Position numbers and translations under genes: made by a program. 56,433 nucleotides of DNA from Octopus bimaculoides (lineage: Eukaryota). Positions 25,753 to 37,740 of the stretch are shown here, piece by piece. Numbering within the stretch: the stretch's first letter is position 1; every line of letters starts with the position of its first letter. The stretch lies in NCBI RefSeq assembly GCF_001194135.2, contig NC_068986.1:79947521-80003953 (forward strand), given 5' to 3'. The notes under the pieces are model-generated. The model was not told the DNA's origin. It searched no databases and worked only from the letters and a program-made list of their open reading frames with translations.

Positions 25753-27175
25753 GTGTTTAAGGCATCAAACGACAGCAGATCTCAATCGTTGATAAGCAAA
25801 TTTAAGTTTGATTAGCAGCTGAGCTTTGTGGAGAGTTAAACTATAAAACCTGATGAAATCTATCAAATATCCCTTGCACGCAACCTGCTGAGAGAATTCG
25901 TAGCATGTGCAAATGCATTAATTCTGCTGCAGCTGTTGGTATAGCTGTAACTGTTGCTATTGATGGTGCTGTTACTAACTGGTGCAAACGGATTAAGCAA
26001 AAGTTTAGACGGAATTTAAAATTTTCTACCCTTAATAGTAAAAAACAAATGTACGAAATCTGAATACTTTCAAATCATGAGCAATCATTAACTTAATTTG
26101 ATCACGAGAATAATATTCGATTACTGGTGTTTGTTATGCATTTGTTTTCGTTTCTTTTTCGTTGTAGTTTTTGTTGTTGCCTGTTATTTTGATTGTTCTC
26201 TCATTGTTGTAGCTCATACAATTGTTTTAGTTATTGTTGCTGTTCTTTGTTGATGAGTTAGCAGACATTATGGAACGGCACAGAATAAAATGCACTACAT
26301 ATAATTAGTTTTCTTCCTCTAGTGATCGTAGTTGAAAATCCACCGAGATCGACTTTGCCTTTCATCTTTCCAAGGTCGATAAAAATAAGTCTGAGGCAGG
26401 ATTGAAGTTGATCCAATCGAATGTACCCTTCACCTACAAATGCCTGGACATTTTCCAAAGGATGAAATCATTATAAGTATATCTCAACATACAAATTTGG
26501 CTGCGATATAAACAGTAACTATCTCCCCATACAACGATAAAAGCCTTTGTTTAATGTTTGTTAGGTTTTTTTAAAACTTTGTTTTGTATCAAAATTAGGC
26601 TTCGCCTAGGTTTTCTCTTTTTTTAGTAATACTAAACATAACTATTTATATTCTATGTAAACATTTATTGTAACTGAATATAAACCAGATTGCTTAGTAA
26701 TTTAGTAAAAGGTGAACTATTCAAATATGTTTACTTTATTCATCAGTTTCTGGAGTAGATATTGGATGATAAGAGATCACGTGGAGCCCTGTATTAGAAA
26801 TTGTTTGGGAAAGACGTCATTTACGTGTTAACTAAATGTTCGCTGCAAGCACACAGGACAACAATCAGAATTAAACTGTCTTAAATTCTCCAGAGTCAAA
26901 GAAATATGTAACAATTGCGTTACAGTTTCAATGAGTAATATAGCAAAAGATGTTACAAACAAGAATCTAAAATGTTGACTAGGAAGCTTTCTGGGATCAA
27001 ATCAGACGAAGATAAACTGCACTTTTCATTCTTTTGGGCTCTATAAAACAAGAAACTGTAGCGCATCAGATCGAACATCCATATTCTCACTCAAACGATG
27101 GTCATGTGACTACTTCAAGAATTATAGCGACTAAAAATATGGGGAAACTTCTGCAAACCTATCTGTCTTTCTGAA

Positions 27176-27515
27176 TAGGCGCAGGTGTGGCTGTGTGAGA
27201 AGAAGCTTGCTTCCCAACCACATGGTTCCAGGTTCAGTTCCACTGCGTAGCACATTGGGCAAGTGAGGATTTGAAAGACGGAAATTGAAAGGAGCCTGTC
27301 GTGTGTGTGTGTGTGTGTGTGTATTTTTGGGTCTGTGTGTCTCCCACCACCGCTTGACAACCGGTGTTGGTTGGTTTACGTCCCCGCAACTTAGCGGTTC
27401 GACAAAAGTAGTCCAATAGAATAAGTACCAGACTTTTAAAAATAAGTACTAGGGCCGATTCATTCGACTAAAATGTTCTTCAAGGCAGCGCCCCGGCATG
27501 GAGGCACTGAAACAA
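27176..27515 (+). mobile_element. SINE family B (~350-420 bp), representative copy
   Basis: gtggctgtgtgagaagaagcttgcttcccaaccacatggttccaggttcagttcc...cttgacaaccggtgttgg...gaataagtacc...gactaaaa. Other copies at about 955-1080(-), 9255-9650(-), 13150-13485(+), 16845-17180(-), 17970-18045(-), 20680-21040(-), 24535-24855(+), 25075-25290(-), 32110-32300(+), 32335-32705(-), 35765-36135(-), 43670-43950(+). Confidence 0.9.
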
Positions 27516-28451
27516 GTAAAAAGGTAAATAAAAAAATAGTCTGGTATTTTATTTTTATGATACTTCACTCTGCACTTTGGGAAGATTGTGTAAAAAAAAT
27601 GCACTATAATTTAATTTCTTCCAAAATTCATGCGTGTTGCTCCATCCTCCAGAGCCAACAAGTAAAATAAAGTTACTGATGAAACGCACAGACGCAAATA
27701 TCGAAATCTGTGTGTGTTTGTGTGAATGTGTGTGTTTCTGAATATGATTTTATATGCATTTATGTTTGTGTATGTGTGATCTTTTGTCTACACACGTATA
27801 TTTACAAGTGATTTCATTTATGAATCTGTTAATCATTTCTGTCACATTGTCTTACAATAAACGCCAAATATCTGAAGTAAATTGTATTTATTCATTTTCA
27901 TTTGTGCATATACTTATTTTCATGAGTATTTTGTTGTTCTTTTTCTATTAATTTCCGTTTGTTACTAGGCTACAGTAAATGTATGCGTACTTACACACAC
28001 ATATGTAAGCATGTATGTATGTATGTATGTATGTATGTATGTGTATGTTCTCTTCTATTTTCAGTTATTTTGAAGTCTTCCTGTAAAGAAGGTGTTGCTT
28101 TCTAACAAAGATATGAGTCCACTATTTGAATTGAGATGAAGAAACCAAATTCACATTCAGAACTTTAGAAAATTCTTGCATATTTTTACTTTCCCACTTA
28201 CAGATAGTATCTATAATTTACGTAAATATGAATATATGAATGCTTCAACCGAAGAAGGCTTTGGTTGAAACGCTTTGCATATCACAGAAAGATAACAACG
28301 GTGAATAAATTATGTAATTCTGCATCATACGGTACACTCGAGCGAAAGTGTTAACTAAGAGTAGTAGCATATCTATGTGTGTGTGTAGAGAGAGAGAGAA
28401 GGATAAGAATGGTACAGACAGGTATGCAGTATTCACAACATCCATAATATT

Positions 28452-28667
28452 CTTTTCTGCTCTAGGCACAAGGCCCGACATTTTTGGGGAGGGAGCCAGT
28501 CGATTACATCGACTCCATTACGCAACTGGAATTTTATTTATCGATACCGAAAGGATGAAAGGCAAAGTCGACCTCGGCGGAATTTGAACTCAGAACGTAA
28601 AGACAGATGAAATATTGCTAAGCAATTTCGCCTGGCGTGTTAACGTTTCTGCCAGCTCACCGCCTTA
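28452..28667 (-). mobile_element. SINE family A
   Basis: Reverse-complement match to the 22847 copy along its length. Confidence 0.9.
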
Positions 28668-28702
28668 CAACATCCATAATATTACGCAATATGTTACACA
28701 AT

Positions 28703-28988
28703 ATGTTACGCAAATCTCAACTCATCAGGCTAACCAAATAAGCAAGCAAGCAGTGATATGTTGATTAATCAACAGTTGATCAACAAGTTAAATTTCTTAT
28801 CAGAATTACCATCATCTTATAAATATAAAGTGGGTACTATCTGTCAATCATCAAAAGTGGAAAGCAGAAAGATGTTGCAAATTAAATAACAGTTTCTATT
28901 CCAACGATGTCATTAAACTTAGCAACCTCGTTCATCAAGGCTGGTGGCAAGCATGTTATTCGATGATGAGTTGAGAGTTGCGTAACAT
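28703..28988. mobile_element. Probable MITE with 24-bp terminal inverted repeats
   Basis: atgttacgcaaatctcaactcatc (28703-28726) matches the reverse complement of gatgagttgagagttgcgtaacat (28965-28988) at 23 of 24 positions. No clear TSD. Confidence 0.6.
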
Positions 28989-29332
28989 TAATTTTATGGA
29001 TGTTGCGCATACTGCATACTTATCTGTACTATGCTTACGTCACAATAAAGAATTATCGAAGCAGCAGTAACAAAACCAGGTAACCCATTCGTCTGTTTTA
29101 ATTATGTTTATACGCCACAATTAAAGTTCCATTCATTGTTGGATACTTTTTCATAGTACTGGGTACTGGAGTTGTCGATTACTAACAATTATGAAGCCCC
29201 TTCAACGATACATTGTATGCTATGATAATGTATTGCTTAACTGTTTGTTTGGCGTTATTCTGTCAGGCCAATAATTGCGGCGTGCTTAACTATGATATGC
29301 GTTGATCCTTTAGGTATCCCATGTAATTAAAG

Positions 29333-29373
<41 letters not shown>

Positions 29374-29374
<1 letters not shown>

Positions 29375-29590
29375 GAGGGGGTACTGAAAAGCTCCTGGCT
29401 TTAAGGTTATCGCGAAAAGCCTGGTTGGAGGCCCAACCTTCTGAGTTCTTTTACAGGACTTCAAAAAACTAAAGGATTGCTGCAGTGTGTGAATCTGAGA
29501 AGGGAATATCTTGAATAAAAAACATAATTAGCTGATCCTCTTGTATTTTATTTTACCCAAAGCCAGGAACTTTATAACACCAACCAAATG
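29374..29590. mobile_element. Mariner-type MITE, same family, reverse orientation, next to a (TA)n tract
   Basis: TA|cgagggggtactgaaaagctcctggcttt ... aaagccaggaacttt. Confidence 0.85.
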
Positions 29591-29962
29591 TATATATATC
29601 GGGTTCCTGCATGACCATCTAGTTTCATCAGCAGGGCAAGATGGATTTGTGCGAGATGGTTTGTATCATGTTGAGGGTATAAAACATACACAATTTAGAT
29701 CACCTTGTAAGTACATATTAGCATAGATGTTGTCACGTATATGTACATTTTTACACATATTCTATACGCATGTATGTATGTACGTATTTAATAATATATA
29801 AGAATGCACGAAATTCTCGGACCTTGTGTCACTCAGTTACTGCTGCTAAATATTAATATACATAAATACATGAATTTGTTTGTATGCTTATGTATATATG
29901 TATGGATCGTTGATGATTTTCTTCCTCCGTCTTCTTTTTCTCTTGGACTTTCCTCTCTCTCC

Positions 29963-30000
29963 TATTTCTGAAGAAGAGCTTTACTCGAAACGTAAAAATA
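29963..30000 (+). ncRNA. Minimal type I hammerhead-like motif with palindromic ACGU in place of stem III, inside a small dispersed repeat
   Basis: UAUUU-CUGAAGA-A-GAG-CUUUA-CUC-GAAA-CGUA-AAAAUA. Core CUGANGA and GAAA are intact, stem II is 3 bp, the cleavage triplet is GUA, and UAUUU can pair with AAAUA. Confidence 0.55.
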
Positions 30001-30933
30001 CTTTTCTCTCCTTCCCTGAGCGTCTGTTAATACTTTGCATGCATGTACCACGTCCTCGCATTGTTGTTTTTTGTTGTTGTATTTTTTCTTTTTTTTCTGG
30101 ATTAATTATATACGTATACAGATATACACGTCCAAATATATACACATATATGCACATACGTGTATATACACGTATGCGTATATATGCATATATATTTGTG
30201 CGTGCATATGTGTATACGTATGTATTTATGCATGCACCTCAGTGTGTTTGTATATGTTTGCATAAATATATACTTAGACGAGCTAGTTCCATATCTAGCT
30301 TCCTATATTTAAAAGTATATCGTAAATGTGTATGTATATAAATGTGTGTGTGAGTGTGTATGTGTGGTTGCGTATATGGACATGCATATGTGTACGTGTA
30401 TATGTGTATATGTATAGAGGTAAATGTATGCCTAAACGTATTTCTGTGAGACATGCTTATAATACAGATCAATTTGTTAAAATCATATTTTGCCCAAAGT
30501 TTCAACAATAAAATTAAATTATAAACAAAATACATTGATATTGGCTAGCGCCTATGAAACATAATTGTGTTTGCTTTCATCCTCACATATCTAAAAAACG
30601 GTTAAGCTGTTTATTTATTCCACGCACGAATAAAAATAGATAATAGATCTGAACAGATATCTGTATGGTGTCTCTCAAATAGGTATAAATTTTTAAATTT
30701 CCACTATCAGCAACACCAGCGTCATTTTAACTTCTATGTCATAAAGCTAAAATTCAGTCAACTAAAAACATTTTATGAAAATATAGTTACAAACCTGACT
30801 TTTGCGTTATAACAAACTCTACAGTCAACAACCAAGACTCTTCTTTTATTATGCATTCTTCTAAATACAATATAATTCAGCTTCATTAAATTTAATTTGT
30901 TTCTTCAATTATCTTGAATTTTTGAGCAAGTTA

Positions 30934-30968
<35 letters not shown>

Positions 30969-30976
30969 CATACATA

Positions 30977-31531
30977 CAGGGTGGACCAAAAGTCACGCAC
31001 CAAATCATTTTACATTTTTTTATATTACGTTATTATTTTATTGTTATTATTGTTGTTGTTGTTGTTGCTGAGGTGATGAGATGTCAGAATTGTTAGCACG
31101 CCGGGCAAAATGCTTAGCGGCGTTTCGTCTGTCTTTATGTTCTGAGTTCAAATTCCGTAGAGGTCGACTTTGCTTTTCATTCTCTCGGGGTCGATAAATT
31201 AAGTACCAGTTGGGTATTGGGTTCACTGTAATCGACTAGCACCCCACAAAGTCACAAATTTCAGGCCTTGTGCCTATAGTAGAAAGGATTATTATTATCA
31301 TTGTTATTGCTGTTGTTGTTGTTGGTGGTGGTGGTGGTAGAGTTGTTGTTGGTGGTGGAGTTGTTGTTGCTGGTATTGTTATTGTTATTAGTATTCATTT
31401 TGTTCATGTACAAGTACGTGTGTATTTATCATTATCTTATCTATTTTATTCAATTTTAGAAAAATCGAAGCACGTCTAACAATACCGGAGCGTACTGAAC
31501 TTATTCTGTACTTGACATTTGGCCCACCCTG
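30977..31531. mobile_element. Tc1/mariner-superfamily MITE (TIR CAGGGTGG(A/G)CCAAA), interrupted by a family A SINE
   Basis: TA|cagggtggaccaaaagtca ... tgacatttggcccaccctg|TA. Confidence 0.75.
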
Positions 31532-31534
31532 TAT

Positions 31535-31586
<52 letters not shown>

Positions 31587-32022
31587 TTATTTATTTAACT
31601 ACTTATTTTTGTTTTAAACATATTTATGCTACTTGCATAACGAACATGATTTAAAGGTCTCGCAACACTTCATTTCAGAATCACTATATATGTATAGCGC
31701 CCAAATGGATAATGTGCTTACATATCCTACCAATAGATTCTTAATCTGTGGCCTTTCATGAACCATTTCTTGTCAACAGGAATTCTAACAAACATCAAGT
31801 GTAGGCCATTGTGTCGAGTGACTGCTACAAATATATATTTTTGTCGCTTCACATTGTTTAATATTATGACATGTAATGCTAAAGTCACAGTATTTCGTTC
31901 AAATACACTTTGTCTGGTGTGAAACTGTCCGTTCTTGGTATGATAATGATTGGTGTGTGTTCAAATCTATAATAGATATCAATGCAAAATATCGAAAAAA
32001 AACATATTCATATATAGATAGG

Positions 32023-32079
<57 letters not shown>

Positions 32080-33002
32080 AGGGGGGAGATGGGGAGAGGA
32101 GAGACAGAGGGGGCATGAATGTGAGCTAAGAAGTCTGCTTCCCAACCACATGGTACCACGTTTAGTCTTACTGCGTAGAACCTTGGGCAAGTATTTTCTC
32201 CTTTAGCACAAGACGTACAAAGCCTTGTGAATGGATTTGATAGACGGAAACTGAAAGTCCGTCGTATGTATACATCCATCTGTGTGTGTGTGTGGGGGGG
32301 GGGGGGTAAATATATATTTATGCATTATTTTATTCTTTTACTGGTGTCAGTCGTTTGACTGCGACTATGCTGGGGTACCGCCTTGAAGGGTTTTAGTCGA
32401 ACAAATAGACCTCACAGCTTTTTTTTTTAAGCCTAGTACTTATTCTATTGATCGCTTAACTGAGTGGGCATAAACAAACCAACACCGGTTGTCAAGCGGT
32501 GATGGGGGGACAAACACAGACACAAAGGTGCGCACACATATAGATATATACATATGTATACGATGGACTTATTTCAGTTTCCGTCCACTAAATCCGCTCA
32601 CAAGGCTTTGTCGGCCCGAGGCTATAATAGAAGACACTTGCCCAAGGTGCCACGCATGTAGTTGCGAAGCAAGCTTCTTACCACACAGCCACACCTGTGC
32701 CTATGTATCTATTTATATGTGATTGATTTTGCATTTGTCCAACTCCAACCTTCGACACCCGATATTGGTAACATAGCGGATCGGTAAAGGATAGAAGTAC
32801 CAGGTTTTAAAAATAAGTATTGGGGTCAATTTAACCTTCACAGGTACACACGCATGCATACATATATATATACATACATATATACATACATATATGCATA
32901 TACAAACACATCTCGGTTCAATTTGAACCCGGTATTAAGAGAGACGAGACTAGATAGTCTAATACTATATTGCCACATTCCGCTTTCTAAGAAATGCATT
33001 AT

Positions 33003-33221
33003 TTCATATTGATCTCAAATTTTGACACAAAACCAGCGGTTTCGAAGAAGGGGTAAAGTCAATTACATCGACCCCAGTGCTCAATTGGTACTTATTTTAT
33101 CGACCCCGAAAGGATGAAAGGCAAAGACGACCCCTGTGGTATTTGAACACAGAACAAAGACGGACGAAACACTGCTAAGCATCTTGACCGGCACAGTAAT
33201 GATTCTGCCAGCTCGCCGCCT
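33003..33221 (-). mobile_element. SINE family A (a second, internally deleted copy spans about 33240-33260 plus 33601-33780)
   Basis: tttatcgaccccgaaaggatgaaaggcaaagacgacc...ctgccagctcgccgcc. Confidence 0.85.
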
Positions 33222-33261
33222 CATCTTATACTTTAATAATTCTTTCTACGATAGGCACAAG

Positions 33262-33600
33262 TGAAGGCGCATGGCTCAGTGGTTAGAGCATCGAGCTTAC
33301 GAACGTGAGGTTGTGAGTTCAAATCCCGGACCGGGCGGCGTGTTATGTTCTTGAGCAAGACACTTTATTTCACGTTGCTCCAGTTCACTCAGCTGTAGAA
33401 ATAAGTTGCGACGTCACAGGTGCCAAGTTGTATCGGCCCTTGCCTTTCCCTTGGATAACACTGGTGGCGTGGAGAGGGGAGGCTGGTATGCGTGGGCGAC
33501 TGCTGGTCTTCCTTAAAACAACCTTGCCCGGACTTGTGCCTGGGAGGGTAACTTCCTAGGTGCAATCTCATGGTCAGTCATGATCGGAGGGGGTCTCAGC
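33262..33600 (+). mobile_element. Full-length tRNA-derived SINE with 11-bp TSD, inserted into the tail of another SINE
   Basis: A box TGGCTCAGTGG (33272-33282), B box GTTCAAATCC (33317-33326), central ttgagcaagacacttt...ccagttcactcagctg domain. TSD ATAGGCACAAG at 33251-33261 and 33601-33611. Confidence 0.9.
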
Positions 33601-34349
33601 ATAGGCACAAGACTTGAAATTTTTAGTGGGGAGCTAAGTCGAGTACATTGACCCCACTACTCAACTGGTATTTAATTTATCGATCCCGAAAGGGAATTTG
33701 AACTCAGAACGTAGCGACGGGCGAAATGCCGCTAAACATTTCGAACAGCGTGCTATCGATTCTGCCAGCACGCCGCCTTATCTTATAGTTTAATAATAAC
33801 AGTAAATATGACAGCTAGCTGACAGAAACGTCAGAACGCTCAGCAATATGCTTAACGGCATTACTTCGTCTTTGTGTTCTGAGCTCAAATTCCCTCGTGC
33901 TCACCTGTCACCTTTTCGGGTTCGATTAAATAAGTAGCGGTTACGCACCAGGGTTGACGAAATCGACCTGCCCTCTCCTTAAAATTTCAAATATTGTACC
34001 TACAGTAGAAAGGAATGATAACAGTAAATACAACAAAGTGTACCACAAATCGTAAAACTATATATACGAATGTGTTTGGTAGTGTACATATAAAAGACTG
34101 AAGTGATACAGAGATTCATAATTCTGGATTGAATTTCAATAAAACAATGCATTTTATGATGGGTTTAATGGACACGTAGTTGTGTTTTAATGCAGATGGT
34201 ACACAACGGGAGTTTCCGTCCCATAGGAAGCATGTTTCTAAGCAAAAATTATATATTGATGCATAAATAGCTTCATTTCGTAAACAACTACGTGTATATA
34301 TGTGTGTGCGTGTCTGTGTGGATAAATTCATATTTCATGTATGTAGGCG

Positions 34350-34415
<66 letters not shown>

Positions 34416-34839
34416 NNNNNNNNNNNNNNNNNNNNNNNNNNNNNNNNNNNNNNNNNNNNNNNNNNNNNNNNNNNNNNNNNNNNNNNNNNNNNNNNNNNNN
34501 NNNNNNNNNNNNNNNNNNNNNNNNNNNNNNNNNNNNNNNNNNNNNNNNNNNNNNNNNNNNNNNNNNNNNNNNNNNNNNNNNNNNNNNNNNNNNNNNNNNN
34601 NNNNNNNNNNNNNNNNNNNNNNNNNNNNNNNNNNNNNNNNNNNNNNNNNNNNNNNNNNNNNNNNNNNNNNNNNNNNNNNNNNNNNNNNNNNNNNNNNNNN
34701 NNNNNNNNNNNNNNNNNNNNNNNNNNNNNNNNNNNNNNNNNNNNNNNNNNNNNNNNNNNNNNNNNNNNNNNNNNNNNNNNNNNNNNNNNNNNNNNNNNNN
34801 NNNNNNNNNNNNNNNNNNNNNNNNNNNNNNNNNNNNNNN

Positions 34840-34870
<31 letters not shown>

Positions 34871-35941
34871 TACTTACATATATACATATATATATATATA
34901 GTTTTAGGGAAAATAACCAATTTTCAAGAACTCATCGATTATATGTACATATATATATATATATACATACATATGTACATATATATATATACATATATAT
35001 GTACATATACATACATACATACATACATGCATGCATACACACCAAAATACCATTCAAGTTTTCGTAAGTTTCCAGAGAGTAAGTCTTACATATTTGTCGG
35101 GGCTTTCACCAATTATAAAGAAACGAGGTTAGTTATTCCTACTACCATCGCCAACATCAGCACGATCACCACTGTTAGCGCCTTATTCAACACACAATTA
35201 GAATTTTCGCTAAGTAGATGAACGGATACGCTGCTGTATTAATAGATAACCTGATTTAAAAAGACAATTATAAGGCAATGCATAGCATGAAAATATGTTA
35301 AGTGTGTTCAGGTTTTATGCCCATCATTCTTTGCAAACATTGTTAGCTACCCTTGTGAAGCTCCTTTGAAGAACCCCGGTGCAAATGAGAAATCAACTTA
35401 AATTTGCTTTCGCTTGATCATTTTATTACGTATTCGGCATTCTGTTTTCAATTACCAATAGTCGCAGAGTTGATTTCCCTTGTGTCACGAATTGACTTGT
35501 CAAAAGAAATCATTATTTTCTATGAGTAGAGTTTCAATTCTCTGTTGATGCATGTTCCATATATGTAAGTCAGTAACAGGAATGGTATTATACGAATTCC
35601 GTATTTTTTCCAAGTGAATCAGTGGATACAAAAATAAATTAGTGATAAGAACAATGTTACAAGTTTGAATCAGAAGGTGTCGAAAACATCATTTTAATGA
35701 AGCCTAATAAGCTGATTGTGGAAGGAGACCCAATTTTTATTGCTCTTTTTACCTTTTATTCGTTTCACTCATTGGACTACGACCATACTGGAGTTCCGTC
35801 TTGAAGGGTTTAGTAAAAAAAAAAAAATTCGACTCCAGTACTTGTTTTTAAAGCTGGTAGTTAAGCTGTCTTTTTCTTTTACCGAACCGTTAAGTTGTAC
35901 CTACACAAATCAACACCGGCCGGCAAGTGGTAGGGACTCAA

Positions 35942-35973
<32 letters not shown>

Positions 35974-37336
35974 GCGACGAGCTTCCTCACAGTCTCCGTC
36001 TAGCTCACTCAAAAGTAATGGTCGGGCGGGAGCTACAGAAGAAGACATTTGCCCAGGATGCTACGCAGTGGAACTGAACATAAAACCATATGGTTCGAAA
36101 ACGAGTGTCTGAACCACACAGTCGTGCCTGCGCCAAATAATAACTGAAGAGAGAAGCATAAACAGCCATATGGATAGATTAAGAGGTGAAATTCTACTAT
36201 AATATTTCTAAGAGTAGAAAGGCTACAAGCTAGTAGAATCGTTACTGCGCCGGACAAAAGTGGTTAGCGACATTTTTTCAGATTTTACGTCCTGAGTTCA
36301 AATGCCGCCGAGTTTGACTTAGCCTTTCATCCTTTCAGGGTCCCGTTTGAGTTTTATTGTGCCCGTGGGCTGATATACTCATATGTACAAAATATAGTAA
36401 ACTTTTCGATCAAAATTTATACAATATTCGTATACCTACTTGTGATATAGGTCGCGTTTCCACTACAACTGAAAATGGTCAGAAATCGTCCGGTAATTGC
36501 CATTTGAATGGAAATTTTGTTTGCACTATAAAACACATATTGCTAGGCTTATATTACCCGCTTGAGACCCAACTACACTTCAGCTGAAAAATATAGAATA
36601 CCTCATAAGTAATACAAACGTCCTAAATTCAGTGGCGGCGTTAATGAAGATGTTACTCGTTAATTTAATGTGTTAAACTTATCGTTATTAATGTATATCA
36701 AATTATACATAGATATATGCAAGATTTGCACACATATAAGAGTTAGAACCTGTGATCCGCCCGTGGACCTTTTTCTTGGGGAAATTTTTGCCCGCCGCAC
36801 TAAAAAGTTTCCCACCCTTTATCTATGTAATCAACTTACCCCTTTGACATAATTCCGCAGCCTTTTCTTTGGACAACAATAACGGCGTGATTGAGAGGAC
36901 ACTTTCACGTAGACAACTATTCCACAAATAAACCTTGCCCAGAATGGTGCTTACATGTGCAGAAAAACAAGCAGGCATGACCGACTGAGGCCATATAAAC
37001 AATCATTTATATTCTAGCTTGTATTCCAATGTATACATATCCCTTTCATATCATATCTATTATTTATACTGTGATTGTTTGATTTAATATTTCCGTTATT
37101 TTAACATATAACAAATTGCTTCCAGTTACAGGTTGTAGTGTAAACACATACGTATAGCTAATATTTCGATGACAATGCCGGAAAACAATTTATTTAACGT
37201 TATGTACCTTTTGTAATCTAGCTATTCTTATAACGTACCAAGTATACGGATTCTTCGCATGAAAATTACATCGATTTCTAGGTCATCTTTCACACATGTC
37301 TAACGTGTGTGTGTAGATGTATGGATGGATGGATGA

Positions 37337-37377
<41 letters not shown>

Positions 37378-37505
37378 TAGATAGATAGATTGGTAGACAG
37401 ATTGATTGATTGATAGATAGATACGGTCCACTAATAACATTTTGTAATAAATAGTATTAGAATACATTTATATGTTGTACGTTTGTCTCTTTGCATATCT
37501 TAATA

Positions 37506-37740
37506 CGAGGGGTGCTGAAAATTTCCTGGCTTTAAGGGTGTCGCGAAAGGTCTGGCTGGAGGCCCGACCTTCAGAGTTCTTTTACAGAGCTTAGAAAAAC
37601 TAAAGGACCTTTGCAGTAAGTGCGTCAACCTGAGAGGAGGATATGCTGAATAAAATCACAATTATCTGATCCTCTTGTATTTTCTTTTACCCAAAGCCAC
37701 CCTCTTGTATTTTCTTTTACCCAAAGCCACCCTCTTGTAT
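37506..37740. mobile_element. Mariner-type MITE, same family, with a 30-bp tandem duplication at the right end
   Basis: TA|cgaggggtgctgaaaatttcctggcttt; cctcttgtattttcttttacccaaagccac x2.3 at 37671-37740. Confidence 0.85.

Noticed and set aside
33262-33335. tRNA-like sequence with A and B boxes
   Set aside because: It is the head of a SINE bounded by TSDs, and no complete acceptor stem is seen.
37671-37740. Short direct repeats as a possible CRISPR-like array
   Set aside because: Contiguous units with no spacers, eukaryotic context, and derived from a MITE end.
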